Below, in pieces: positions 1 through 12,768 of a stretch of DNA of 40,260 nt. Numbering within the stretch: position 1 is the first letter of the stretch; each line of letters begins with the position of its first letter. The stretch comes from Nemertoderma westbladi (Eukaryota; Animalia; Xenacoelomorpha). The notes under the pieces were generated by a model. It was not told where the DNA came from. It made no database searches and worked only from the letters and a program-made list of their open reading frames with translations. Made by a program: the position numbers and the translations under genes. Where the stretch lies: the NCBI GenBank assembly GCA_032718475.1, contig JAUCBJ010005387.1:1-40260 (forward strand). The letters are read 5' to 3'.

Positions 1-546
1 AGTAAATAGCAGTATAAAACAACAATGAAAACACTGATTGTTATGAGTTTGCAATGTTTCAGCAGTCAGCATGTATGATCAGTCAGCAGTGATTCCATGA
101 GTCAGGTCAGTTAAAGGATATATGCCCTTTATAATTAAACCTACTAGTGTAAGACTAAAAACTGAAAACACGGAGGTGCCAAAGCCGGTTCTTAGGCTCT
201 GGGCAAAAACATAACACTGAACTAATGAGTTTCTGTATATACCTCCAACACAAAGACAACAAACGCTCTGATTGGTCAACCTGAACAACGAGAGAACAGA
301 GAAACAAAGAAACGTCGACGTGGCAATATCAGCTGCTAGCTGTCGTCATGGTAGCGACACTGTTTTCAAGAGTATCGAGCTTTTACGTCACGGAATTACG
401 GATTATGTCCTCTAAAGTACAAATACAGAAGAAATAGCTTTTATGTCCGCTAAAACACCAGTACAGCAAGGACACGGCCTTTTTATGCCTGGTAAACCAA
501 CTACAGAGTATTTTACGGGAAAAATAAGGAAAAATAACCGGACAAT

Positions 547-1105
547 TCAGCAAAAGCTTTTACAGTACTTGACACAATGAACCCGGCATAGCATTCTTGT
601 GAATGTGCCATCCAGAGATTTGGTGTCCTCAGCAGTTAGAGCCCAGCATGGACTCCCATAGAAGAGTACTGGAACTACTGCTGCTCTAAATAATCGGACC
701 TTAAGTTTCCGATTAATTCTCGGTGACTTCCAAATCCTGGGGAGCCTATTCAAGGCTGCCCATGCCTTTCCCTTACGTATTCGAAGGTTCTCATCTGACT
801 TCCGGATCCATGATCCCAGGTAACAGAAGTCGTCCACATGCTCAAGCATACCATCCTTTGAGCTTATGCTCATCCGATCAGAGACTTGCTGAGGACTTTC
901 AAAGTTAACTGTCAAAATTTTGGTCTTTCTGGAGTTAATAAAAAGACCAACACTAGAAGCAGCATGTTCTAATGAGCTGAGGAGCCGTTGGGCTCCCTCT
1001 AATGATTCTGAGAGTACTCCTAAGTCATCAGTAAAGTTTAGATCAGTTAGGTACTTGGCAGTATTTCCTCGACTTCTGGAGCCAGCAGGTGGAGTTAGGT
1101 GGAGT
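547..1105 (-). mobile_element. Non-LTR retrotransposon (RTE-clade-like) reverse transcriptase fragment
   Basis: ORF 547..915 has the RTE-type post-RT motifs LEHVDDFCYLGS and VPVLFYGSPCWALT. The same frame continues upstream as YLTDLNFTDDLGVLSES..GLFINSRKTK, a degenerate [Y/F]ADD region. Truncated at both ends. Confidence 0.85.
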
Positions 1106-2339
1106 TAAGCGTAAGAATTGTGTAATTAAGCGGCTCTCCAGTTACGTAATAAATATTCGAGAACAGTAAATTACAGTATATAGCAATGGATAAGGCAGCA
1201 TCAGGAGTTATAGAGTAGTACAATAAATAAGTGATAGAGTAAAATACTGCAGTTCAATTTAATTTGTAACAGTATATCGCTGTTGTCATCTTTTATTAAC
1301 GAATTGAGCAACAAAAAAGTTCCAATTTAAGAATAAAATTACGAATTACATGGGAAAAAACGTGGAACATTTTTTTCAATATTCTCTCGACCCTTTATAA
1401 CCTCGCTGGCGCTTGGTAAATAAAATTCCACATTAATAGTGAAAAAACTTTTACTTTTTACCCATGTAATAAATAAATATTTTTAACGTACAGTATGAAT
1501 AATGTGAAAATCATAGTTAGTTAACATAATCAAGTGTGGGTGGATGCTGATTGGTTACAGCTTGTTGTCCTTAAGTTTCCGGACTCCGCCCCCCTTGTGA
1601 AGTTGTTTAAATGTTTGAACAACAACATTGAAATTAATCAGTTAGTTTGTTGCATTTGTCTTTAGTTTGTTGCATTTGTCTAAAATAATCAGTTTAAATA
1701 CTAATAATTCTAGAACTATTTTATTTACATCATACTATTTATAAAATAATTCAAGAATTGCTCTCTTGTATTCCCCACCCCCCAAATATAATTTTTGGTT
1801 TCGTCTCAGATAACTATTGGGTGCTTCGTTGTACAGCAGCCATTATGTTTCTCCATTAGAATCAACTACCAAATAATTCGATTAAGTGCGGCGACGCAGT
1901 GACCTAACGATGCAGTACTTATGATATACGGATCTAATGTCATTTAGACATAATAACTGGGGGGGGGGGGGGGGGGGGACTGATTGAGTTGAATAACTTC
2001 AACTAAGAAGTCTAAATCTAAAACATTTTTAGCAAACATATTTTAGCCCAATTAACACCAGATAAGGGGTTCAATGATAAGATTCATCCCACTCCAGGGG
2101 AAAATCGACGCAAATAAACTGTTCATTTCCTTTAATTGATAATTTAACAATGAGTCGAGATATTAATTATCCGAGATGGAATATGCGTCAAGTCCCCCCC
2201 CCCCCCCCCCCCTCATCCTCTTCCTTTTAAGTGCCAAAATGGGATCTGTGGTCCCACCCACGACCTTTGCGGCACCATGAATATGAAGCCTCTGAATATG
2301 GGATACCTGATGTGATTTAAAATAGTTCTATATTGTATA

Positions 2340-2737
2340 GCTTTGCAGTTATCGAGATCAACGAGATTCCACAAAAATACCCATAGCATGTTAGGAACAG
2401 CACCAACTTATTCATTTTCATTCTTGTTGGACTCAATTCGTTCTGTACATGTCTACTATAGTATGATGGGGTAAATGAGCTCCAAACACTAGTACACCAT
2501 CTACTCCACTGGCGCGATTGATCTTAATGCTCTTTGCAGTAGTTTTAACTTCAGGACTTCAGCAAAGGGGATATCGCCAATGGGAATATCTGGGAGTATA
2601 GGCTCGGTCGGACACATTAAAGTTATCTAATCAGGTATTACCCTTTTATTAATAAGGAGCTTTTCAAAGCGGGCCTTGGCCTTCCAATAATTGTCTGTTC
2701 TGTGCTCCTGTTTTCCATACCTCTGGCTGCAGGGATT
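2340..2737 (-). mobile_element. Possible highly decayed LINE ORF2 fragment (pre-RT region)
   Basis: Minus-strand pieces such as IPIGDIPFAEV..KSIKINRASGVDG resemble the K-A-x-G-x-D motif preceding LINE RT domains. Broken by frameshifts and stops. Confidence 0.35.
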
Positions 2738-2960
2738 TCATCTACACTTACAATCAGTGAAGTGTACACGTTGGTCTATTTCTCCCTTCGGGACCTGGTC
2801 TAGGTGTAGCAAGGGGTGATGAGAGCCTTGACGAACCGGACACGTTTTCGTGTTTATCAGTTTACACTTACAACTCACATGTCCTGGTCTAAGACACAAG
2901 AAGCATGTCGACAAATCTTGAGCTGTCTGTCGTCTCAACTAAAGCGGATAGTTCTTCTGT
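2738..2960 (-). mobile_element. BEL/Pao LTR-retrotransposon gag zinc-knuckle remnant
   Basis: CFLCLRPGHVSCKC....TCPVRQGSHHPLLH matches the BEL/Pao gag pattern C-x2-C-x4-H-x4-C followed by C..HH-x-LLH (one Cys lost). Confidence 0.7.
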
Positions 2961-3630
2961 GCTGCATGGAACCTGGGGAACCCTGAGTTCGTATAGATCT
3001 GCCCATGCCATATCATTAAACCTAAAGAACTTGTGAAGTTCTGGCTGGGCATGATATAAGTTTATTAGGTAATGTAATGTACAGTACTGTAAGTACAGTA
3101 TATCTACTTAACTCCGCTGTCTGGTTGTCTCATCAATAACTATATATACTGTATACCCGTACTGTAATCGTCTAAAACGAGTAATTGGGATGACCAAATC
3201 TGTTCTGTAAATGAATGTACACCACATGCGAACATAATTATTTTAATGTTGGTATCTTCGGAAATAGTGGCGTTCCACCTGCTGTTGTTTGCATTCGGGA
3301 CTCCCCAAACTCGGTGTAATGTTATAATATCCGCAATCCATGCCGCAACTTGCTGTTCCTAGTTGTTCCCGGAGTCTTAATCACCTCTTCCCCCCCCCCC
3401 CCCCCCTTCTTCACTATTTATATGTTTTCTTGTAATATTTATTTATTGTGAAGACCTCCTGTTACTGTACATCACCTCTAGAATACTGTGGTCCTACTGT
3501 ATATTTGTTATACTGTATTTACACTATACAATAGGCCAGTTTAGTCTACCAGTGGGCTACTACAGTACAGCACGTCTCTCAAAATACGGATCCCAACAAT
3601 ATAATAGTTAACCGTTATGTTCGGGGTTAA

Positions 3631-3745
3631 GGGTCGTTCACTACAGGTTTATAAAATTGAGTTGAGACGCCTGTGAAGGGGGAAATGGCCATTGGCTTTA
3701 CGGAGAAATGAACTCAATTTTTATAGACCTGCGGTGGTAACCGCC
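3631..3745. mobile_element. Small foldback / MITE-like element
   Basis: cactacaggtttataaaattgagtt (3639-3663) is an imperfect inverted copy of aactcaatttttatagacctgcggtg (3711-3736). Confidence 0.5.
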
Positions 3746-3902
3746 ATAGACAATAATGGGCTTAGTAGGCGATTACACAATTTATAAGCTTGAAATTTTT
3801 ATGTAACAAACAATATTAATTACTGCCAAAAATTAGGACAAACAGTTACAAATTTTTGTGGAACACCCTGTAAAATAACAATACTATTTTCATTTTGCAT
3901 TA

Positions 3903-4166
3903 TACAGTGGCTGAATGTGGCAAATTCCATTAAAATTTTTAAAATTGCTTATAAAAAATAAATTACTGTAATTAAATATAATTCAATATAAAAAGAAATA
4001 AAAGAAATATAATTCAACCAGAACATTAAATATTTCATTAATTTATGTTTATATTGAATTATGTATTATTTCATTAATTTATTATATATTTAATTATATT
4101 TAATTAATTTATCTTTATATTTCCCATTTTAAAAATTAATGAATTTGGCCACATTCAACCACCGTA
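3903..4166. mobile_element. Tc1/mariner-type MITE
   Basis: TA-flanked imperfect TIRs: TA-cagtggctgaatgtggcaaattc ... gaatttggccacattcaaccaccg-TA, with an AT-rich interior. Confidence 0.65.
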
Positions 4167-4445
4167 CATAACTGAATTACTTAATTTGACTCTCGTTGTA
4201 TGAAGTGAGCTACACTGTACAATGTAGGCCTAGGCCCAACTGTTTGTTACAACAACAGCGGGATGTAAAATAGTATTAATGCTTAAAAGTATTGGCAAAA
4301 TTATATCACATTACGTAATTTAATTTCACATAAAATAAGGATTATGACTGACTATAGGTATAGAGTATCAAGTCGTTATAAGTACTGAAAGTTTATGAGT
4401 TGTGGTTCTAATTAAACAGTAGCTATAGGCCATTCACAGACATAT

Positions 4446-4529
4446 CCGGTTAGAGCAACGTGCTACGCCTGCTACCGGTAGAGCAACGTGCTACGCCTGC
4501 TACCGGTAGAGCAACGTGCTACGCGTGCT
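4446..4529. repeat. 28-bp tandem repeat, 3 copies
   Basis: ccggtagagcaacgtgctacgcctgcta repeated three times. Confidence 0.85.
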
Positions 4530-5436
4530 TCATTAGTTTTAACTAATTATTATAACTACAAAACAACGGGTTACATGTTTTGTGCCGCGTAACAAATAAG
4601 CCAATTTAAAACAGACCCCCATGGCTATAAAGAATAAATAATAATTATATTTCATAATTACACTGCTCTCAGAGTGAATGAGTTTTATATATTCTTTCTG
4701 TTTATAATTTGATTTTGTATTTTTTGTTAAACTCGTTTGCTACTTTGATCCTCCCTGTTATTATTCCACATATCCTTTCCCCATGTCTTCATCTCATATA
4801 TTTTCTGCCTCATATTTTACTGATATCTGATCTCGTATATTGTCTGTGTCCATCCTGTCATTCACCGATCTTTGAGTGTAATTATTGATAAACCTGTTGC
4901 AATATTGATCCCCGCTGTCATGTGTTATGTAAACGTAAAATAGAGGGAAATTTGAATTTTATCTGTTGGTGCTTTACTACTGGGGTGTAACCACCTATAC
5001 CTATCTGTTAATATAATTCAATCTGCCTGAAGAAGGGCCCAGAAAGCTCGCGAAAATCTTATTAATTTTTCAACCTGTCTGCGGGTGTACTCACCTTCAA
5101 AAACCTCCTACAGTATATTAAATCATAATTATATTCAAAATAATTACGCATGATTGCGGGAGCCAAGGCAACTTGGAAACAGAGTGGAATACTGGGGAAT
5201 ATCACCCATGGCTGTTTTAATATACTGTACTGTATGTACATCCATACCCACACTACCCTGGAAAAAGCTCACCCAATGAGCGCGGTATGCACTGGCAAAG
5301 TATTTTCACTTTCGACTGTCGGATGTCAGCTACATTAATCTGATAATACTGGTGTACTTCAATCAGCAGTCAGCCTATGGCACTCTCTCAACTCTGAGAT
5401 ACTGCCAGACCGGTAAAAGTCTGGACTCGGTAGGCC

Positions 5437-8400
5437 TACTGTTTGTCTGCCTGTCTTACACTGCCACACTTTCTATTGTGTCGTACGTTGTCTGCCTGTC
5501 TTACACTGCCACACTTTCTATTGTGTGTCGTACTGTTTGTCTGCCTGTCTTACACTGCCATACTTTCTATTGTGTGTCGTACTGTTTGTCTGCTTGTCTT
5601 ACACTGCCATACGTTCTATTGTGTGTCGTACTGTTTGTCTGCCTGTCTTACACTGCCACACTTTCTATTGTGTGTCGTACTGTTTGTCTGCATGTATTAC
5701 ACTGCCACACGTTCTATTGTGTGTCGTACTGTTTGTCTGCCTGTCTTACACTGCCACACTTTCTATTGTGTGTCGTACTTTGTCTGCATGTCTTACATTG
5801 CCACACTTTCTATTGTGTGTCGTACTGTTTGTCTGCCTGTCTTACACTGCCATACTTTCTATTGTGTGTCGTACTGTTTGTGCCTGTCTTACATTGCCAC
5901 ACTTTCTATTGTGTGTCGTACTGTTTGTCTGCCTGTCTTACACTGCCACACCACACTTTCTATTGTGTGTCGTACTGTTTGTCTGCCTGTCTTACACTGC
6001 CACACTTTATATTGTGTGTCGTACTGTTTGTCTGCCTGTCTTACACTGCCACACTTTCTATTGTGTGTCGTACTGTTTGTCTGCCTGTCTTACACTGCCA
6101 CACTTTCTATTGTGTGTCGTACTGTTTGTCTGCCTGTCTTACACTGCCACACTTTCTATTGTGTGTCTTACTGTTTGTGTCTGTCTTACAATGCCACACT
6201 TTCTATTGTGTGTCGTACTGTTTGTCTGCCTGTCTTACACTGCCAAACTTTCTATTGTGTGTCGTACTTTGTCTGCATGTCTTACACTGCCACACTTTCT
6301 ATTGTGTGTCGTACTGTTTGTCTGCCTGTCTTACACTGCCACACTTTCTATTGTGTGTCTTACTGTTTGTGCCTGTCTTACAATGCCACACTTTCTATTG
6401 TGTGTCGTACTGTTTGTCTGCCTGTCTTACACTGCCAAGCTTTCTATTGTGTGTCGTACTTTGTCTGCCTGTCTTACACTGCCATACTTTCTATTGTGTG
6501 TCGTACTGTTTGTCGGCCTGTCTTACACTGCCACACTTTCTATTGTGTGTCGTACTTTGTCTGCATTTCTTACACTGCAACACTTTCTATTGTGTGTCGT
6601 ACTGTTTGTCTGCCTATCTTACACTGCCATACTTTCTATTGTGTGTCGTACTGTTTCTGTTTGTGCCTGTCTTACACTGCCACACTTTCTATTGTGTGTC
6701 GTACTGTTTGTCTGCCTGTCTTACAATGCCACACTTTCTATTGTGTGTCGTACTGTTTGTCTGCCTGTCTTACACTGCCACACTTTCTATTGTGTGTCGT
6801 ACTGTTTGTCTGCCTGTCTTACAATGCCACACTTTCTATTGTGTCGTACTGTTTGTCTGCATGTCTTACACTGCCACACTTTCTATTATGTGTCGTACTG
6901 TTTGTTTGCCTGTCTTACAATGCCACACTTTCTATTGTGTGGCGTACTGTTTGTTTGCCTGTCTTACAATGCCACATTTTCTATTGTGTGGCGTACTGTT
7001 TGTCTGCATGTCTTACACTGCCGCACTTTCTATTGTGTGGCGTACTGTTTGTCTGCCTGTCTTACACTGCCACACCACACTTTCTATTGTGTGTCGTAAT
7101 GTTTGTCTGCCCGTCTTACACTGCCACACTTTCTATTGTGTGTCGTACTGTTTGTTTGCCTGTCTTACAATGCCACACTTTCTATTGTGTGGCGTACTGT
7201 TTGTCTGCATGTCTTACACTGCCGCACTTTCTATTGTGTGTCGTACTATTTGTCTGCCTGTCTTACACTGCCACACTTTCTATTGTGTGTCGTACTGTTT
7301 GTCTGCCTGTCTTACAATGCCACACTTTCTATTGTGTGTCGTACTGTTTGTCTGCCTGTCTTACACTGCCACACTTTCTATTGTGTGTCGTACTGTTTGT
7401 CTGCCTGTCTTACACTGCCACACTTTCTATTGTGTGTCGTACTGTTTGTCTGCATGTCTTACACTGCCATACTTTCTATTGTGTGTCGTACTGTTTGTCT
7501 GCCTGTCTTACAATGCCACACTTTCTATTATGTCGTACTGTTTGTCTGCATGTCTTACACTGCCACACTTTCTATTGTGTGTCGTACTGTTTGTCTGCAT
7601 GTCTTGCACTGCCATACTTTCTATTGTGTGTCGTACTGTTTGTCTGCCTGTCTTACAATGCCACACTTTCTATTGTGTCGTACTGTTTGTCTGCATGTCT
7701 TACACTGCCATACTTTCTATTGTGTGTCGTACTGTTTGTCTGCCTGTCTTACAATGCCACACTTTCTATTGTGTCGTACTGTTTGTCTGCATGTCTTACA
7801 CTGCCACACTTTCTATTGTGTGTCGTACTGTTTGTTTGCCTGTCTTACAATGCCACACTTTCTATTGTGTGGCGCACTGTTTGTCTGCATGTCTTACACT
7901 GCCGCACTTTCTATTGTGTGTCGTACTATTTGTCTGCCTGTCTTACACTGCCACACTTTCTATTGTGTGGCGTACTGTTTGTCTGCCTGTTTTACAATGC
8001 CACACTTTCTATTGTGTCGTACTGTTTGTCTGCATGTCTTACACTGCCACACTTTCTATTGTGTGTCGTACTGTTTGTCTGCCTGTCTTACAATGCCACA
8101 CTTTCTATTGTGTGTCGTACTATTTGTCTGCCTGTCTTACACTGCCACACTTTCTATTGTGTGGCGTACTGTTTGTCTGCCTGTCTTACAATGCCACACT
8201 TTCTATTGTGTGCCGTACTGTTTGTCTGCCTGTCTTACACTGCCACGCTTTCTATTGTGTGGCGTACTGTTTGTCTGCCTGTCTTACAATGCCACACTTT
8301 CTATTGTGTGTCGTACTGTTTCTCTGCCTGTCTTACACTGCCACACTTTCTATTGTGTGTCGTACTGTTTGTCTGCCTGTCTTACACTGCCACACTTTCT

Positions 8401-9150
8401 ATTGTGTGGCGTACTGTTTGTCTGCCTATCTTACAATGCCACACTTTCTATTGTGTCGTACTGTTTGTCTGCATGTCTTACACTGCCACACTTTCTATTG
8501 TGTGTCGTACTGTTTGTCTGCCTGTCTTACAATGCCACACTTTCTATTGTGTGTCGTACTGTTTGTCTGCCTGTCTTACACTGCCACACTTTATATTGTG
8601 TCGTACTGTTTGTCTGCATGTCTTACACTGCCACACTTTCTATTGTGTGTCGTACTGTTTGTCTGCCTGTCTTACAATGCCACACTTTCTATTGTGTCGT
8701 ACTGTTTGTCTGCATGTCTTACACTGCCACACTTTCTATTGTGTGTCGTACTGTTTGTCTGCCTGTCTTACAATGCCACACTTTCTATTGTGTGTCGTAC
8801 TGTTTGTCTGCCTGTCTTACAATGCCACACTTTCTATTGTGTGTCGTACTGTTTGTCTGCCTGTCTTACAATGCCACACTTTCTATTGTGTGTCGTACTG
8901 TTTGTCTGCCTGTCTTACAATGCCACATTTTCTATTGTGTGTCGTACTATTTGTCTGCCTGTCTTACACTGCCACAATTTCTATTGTGTGGCGTACTGTT
9001 TGTCTGCCTGTCTTTCAATGCCACACTTTCTATTTTGTGTCGTACTGTTTGTCTGCCTGTCTTACAATGCCACACTTTCTATTGTGTGTCGTACTGTTTG
9101 TTTGCCTGTCTTACAATGCCACACTTTCTATTGTGTGTCGTACTGTTTGT
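5437..9150. repeat. 49-bp minisatellite, about 77 copies
   Basis: Unit ctgtttgtctgcctgtcttacactgccacactttctattgtgtgtcgta, with 45-47-bp deletion variants. The + strand has no stop in any frame, which explains the 1272, 1252, 524 and 684 aa ORFs. Confidence 0.97.
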
Positions 9151-9157
9151 TGTGTGA

Positions 9158-9501
9158 ACACAGTTTATAAGAACACGAGTCTCGAATTCGCGAAAAAATG
9201 AAGAACATTCTAAGAACAACTTGAGGCACAGATTCCACAAAGTGAGTTAAGTAAAATTGATAAGCTCCAGATGCAGAGAAATCAAATTTCGGAATGCTAG
9301 TAGCAAACTAAATATACAAATCGACATTTGCGTATAAGTACTGTATACAGTAGGCTACTGCTACAATTGTTTACAGTACTGCAGTAGGCCTACTGTAATA
9401 CAAGAACAGTTTAAGAACATTTGAGGCTGAAAATTCGAGATATTTTAAGAACATGAGGCTCGGCAAAATTCTACTGGCTCTTATAAAGAAAAAAAAGTGT
9501 A
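9158..9501. mobile_element. Possible MITE with internal taagaaca repeats
   Basis: Weak TIRs acacagtttataagaac / ctcttataaagaaaaaaaagtgta and repeated aagaacat..tgagg motifs. It abuts the right end of the 49-bp array. Confidence 0.3.
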
Positions 9502-10500
9502 ATGGTGGTGAACATGAATTCATCGGCCTAATTCTCCCATTCAATAATTTATACATAATTTTATGTAAAGCACGGCTCTCTTAGCAGCTCAGTCCTTTTC
9601 TAATATTGTGTGGATCTGTAGTGTCTTAATTCAGCGACCCCCCCCCCCACCCCACACATCAGTGTTCTAAGCTCAACGAGCGAATCAGAATTCATATTAT
9701 CAGTTGTAATCTTTAGCTACAACGCAAGCGTTTTAAAAAAGTGTCTACATCGATATTGCACCAGTTACTACCACCGCAGTTATTCTTCAACCTCATAGAG
9801 GTTTGTTGGTAGATTGATATCGGGCCATGGAAGGATTCAAAATATGTAACACAATGTGGATTTCGTTGAAAATAACCTATATGGGGATTCGAAACTTGCA
9901 TGGTATTTCATCTGCAATGTTAAAGAATATGATGTATTTGTGTAAAAAGAATTAAATAGTCTCGCGCAGATGCAAAACAATGCAACGTTCGAATGCCCAT
10001 ATCTCAGCTATTAATTAACAAAAATTCAGAATGTGATATAATATAATATTAGGGATCCTTACATGATGCCCAACTTTTATAAATACCTTACCATGGCATG
10101 GCCCGGAAAATTGATTCGTAATTCAATGTCACGAGCCAACCCCCCCCCCCCCCCCCCCACCCACAGTTTTTTCTAAAAATCGTAATGAGATTGCATAAAA
10201 TATGAAAGAAACAGAGATAGTTTCGCCTACCTCAGTGGGTCTGAGTTTTAATTTTCGCTTTCAATCTTTAGCTACAAACGTTTCAAAAAGATGAAAGGAT
10301 TCCAAATATGTAAAACATTTGAATTTGTTAGGAAATAGCTGAGATGGGTGTTCTAAGATTGCATGGTTCTTTAATCCGTTGGAGGCCATTTTATTCGATT
10401 TACAGTAATACATTAATATATACACACCAAAATTTGGAACACTTTTAATCTCATAAGTAACTGGACAACAAAGCAATGCCCATATAATATAGTCTAAACA

Positions 10501-11866
10501 GACATATTGGTGGAGGGGCAGGCCGGGGTAGACATAGTCTGCTGATTGGTGGAGGGGCAGGCCGGGGTAGACATAGTCTGCTGATTGGTGGACGGGCAGG
10601 CCGGGGTAGACATAGTCTGCTGATTGGTGGACGGGCAGGCCGGGGTAGACATAGTCTGCTGATTGGTGGAGGGACAGGCCGGGGTAGACATAGTCTGTTG
10701 ATTGGTGTAAGCGCAGGCCGGGGTAGACATAGTCTGCTGATTGGTGGAGGGGCAGGCCGGGGTAGACATAGTCTGCTGATAGGAGGAAAGACAGGCCGGG
10801 GTAGACATAGTCTGCTGATTGGTGGACGGGCAGGCCGGGGTAGACATAGTCTGCTGATTGGTGGAGGGGCAGGCCGGGGTAGACATAGTCTGCTGATTGG
10901 TGGAGGGGCAGGCCGGGGTAGACATAGTCTGCTGATTGGTGGAGGGGCAGGCCGGGGTAGACATAGTCTACTGATTGGTGGAGGGGCAGGCCGGGGTAGA
11001 CATTGTCTGCTGATTGGTGAAGGGGCGGGCTGGGGTAGACAAAGTCTGCTGATTGGTGGAGGGACAGGCCGGGGTAGACATAGTCTGCTGATTGGTGGAG
11101 GGACAGGCCGGGGTAGACATAGTCTGTTGATTGGTGTAAGCGCAGGCCGGGGTAGACATAGTCTGTTAATTGGTGGTAGCGCAGGTCGGGGTAGACATAG
11201 TCTGCTGATTGGTGGAGGAGCAGGTCGGGGTAGACATAGTCTGCTGTGTGGTGGAGGGGCAGGCCGGAGTAGACATAGTCTGCTGATTGGTGGAGGGGCA
11301 GGCCGGGGTAGACATAGTCTGCTGATTGGTGGAGGGTAGACATAGTCTGTTAATTGGTGGTAGCGCAGGCCGGGGTAGACATAGTCTGTTAATTGGTGGT
11401 AGCGCAGGCCGGGGTAGACATAGTCTGCTGATTGGTGGAGGGGCAGGCCGTGGTATAAATAGTCTGCTGTGTGGTGGAGGGGCAGGCCGGGGTAGACATA
11501 GTCTGTTGATTGGTGTAAGCGCAGGCCGGGGTAGACATAGTCTGCTGATTGGTGGAGGGACAGGCCGGGGTAGACATAGTCTGTTGATTGGTGTAAGCGC
11601 AGGCCGGGGTAGACATAGTCTGTTAATTGGTGGTAGCGCAGGTCGGGGTAGACATAGTCTGCTGATTGGTGGAGGGGCAGGTCGGGGTAGACATAGTCTG
11701 CTGTGTGGTGGAGGGGCAGGCCGGGGTAGACATAGTCTGCTGATTGGTGGAGGGGCAGGCCGGGGTAGACATAGTCTGCTGATTGGTGGAGGGGCAGGCC
11801 GGGGTAGACATAGTCTGCTGATTGGTGGAGGGGCAGGCCGGTGTAGACATAGTCTGCTGATTGGTT
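10501..11866. repeat. 39-bp GC-rich minisatellite, about 35 copies, overlapping the TRMT10A-like 3' end
   Basis: Unit (+) tgattggtggaggggcaggccggggtagacatagtctgc. The first six units on the minus strand lie inside the TRMT10 ORF. Confidence 0.97.
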
Positions 11867-12768
11867 GGGGGGTTTCTTATCTTACGTTTCGGAACAACGA
11901 GTTCCATAGCCGCCTTCCAGTTGCCACAGTTAATGAACTCCACCAATATCTCGAACACGTGGTTTACCGCTAAAATCCTACGACACACCAAATCCAGATT
12001 CTCAGCCAACGGCAATTGCGCGTGGCCTACACCTAACTCATTGGCTGCAGCTAAGCAACGTCCTTTCTGGTGGTTGTGGTCTACCAACCCACCTATTATA
12101 TATGCGTTCCCTTCCACTAAAGTTTCTAAAACATTGGGAGATTCCGAAGTCAAATAAACTACATCCGATTTGTTATAGAGTTGAGTAAAATGTTGGGAAT
12201 GGAATGGAACGTCCCATTGTTTGTAACCCGATAAAACGGAATCGAATCTGTCTCTGGTGGCCCCCATGAAGCTGGTTACAGCGAACTGGGCGGGATGGGG
12301 GGAGCGTCGATTGGTCGCATAGCAACGCTGCAACTGTTTGCAAAGTTTACGGATATCGCGATCGGTCATCAATTCGTCAAAGCTGAGATCCACGACGATG
12401 GCTACACGACTGGCTTCCACGTCCGAGGTCAGTTTGTAGACGACACGGGGACGGGGGTCTGGTTGTCTAGCAACTACTGACTCATGTATATTTAGTTTGG
12501 ATTTAAGTTTTCGTTTCTTTTTAAGCGCAACTTTTCTTTCCTTCCAACGTGACTCCTTCAGTTCGCGTTTTTCCTGGCGACTGAGATGGACTTTCGGTCG
12601 CGTTAGCGTACCCATATCGGAATGTTTATCGGGGTATTCCAATTCTACTTGGACCGATAGTTCTTTGTCGTCGGAGTGTTGTAGCCCTTGTTCATCTTTG
12701 TCTGGATACTCGAAACCTACATCGATACATGCTGTCTCTGTGTTGTTCGGTGGAGAAGAAATATCCAT
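11623..12768 (-). CDS. TRMT10A: tRNA (guanine-N1-9)-methyltransferase, TRMT10A-like (SPOUT family), intronless, with a repeat-encoded C-terminal tail
   Basis: 381-aa ORF with family motifs DLSFDELM, KQLQRCYATNRR, VYLTSES, YIIGGLVDHNHQKG, HAQLPL, LAVNHVFEIL and VPKRK. The NHV and DHNH motifs favour the TRMT10A subfamily. Confidence 0.92.
   Translation of the reverse strand: MDISSPPNNTETACIDVGFEYPDKDEQGLQHSDDKELSVQVELEYPDKHSDMGTLTRPKVHLSRQEKRELKESRWKERKVALKKKRKLKSKLNIHESVVARQPDPRPRVVYKLTSDVEASRVAIVVDLSFDELMTDRDIRKLCKQLQRCYATNRRSPHPAQFAVTSFMGATRDRFDSVLSGYKQWDVPFHSQHFTQLYNKSDVVYLTSESPNVLETLVEGNAYIIGGLVDHNHQKGRCLAAANELGVGHAQLPLAENLDLVCRRILAVNHVFEILVEFINCGNWKAAMELVVPKRKIRNPPTNQQTMSTPACPSTNQQTMSTPACPSTNQQTMSTPACPSTNQQTMSTPACPSTTQQTMSTPTCPSTNQQTMSTPTCATTN

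Noticed and set aside
79-350. Possible minus-strand exon (pyrimidine tract plus cag|gttgac) and 69-aa ORF
   Set aside because: No recognisable protein and no support without transcripts or adjacent sequence.
5026-5075. cctgaaga..gaaa motif resembling a Penelope-associated hammerhead core
   Set aside because: A short stem II is possible, but I could not form stem I around a cleavage triplet. An Infernal search with hammerhead models would decide it.
5352-9201. 1272, 1252, 524 and 684 aa Cys-rich ORFs
   Set aside because: All three frames give the same cyclic peptide because the 49-bp unit lacks + strand stops. Indels are tolerated freely, so this is not a gene.
10261-11973. HQSADYVYPGLPL and GGGAGRGRHSLLI repeat ORFs
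   Set aside because: Alternative frames and the antisense strand of the 39-bp array. Only the part in frame with TRMT10A is supported.
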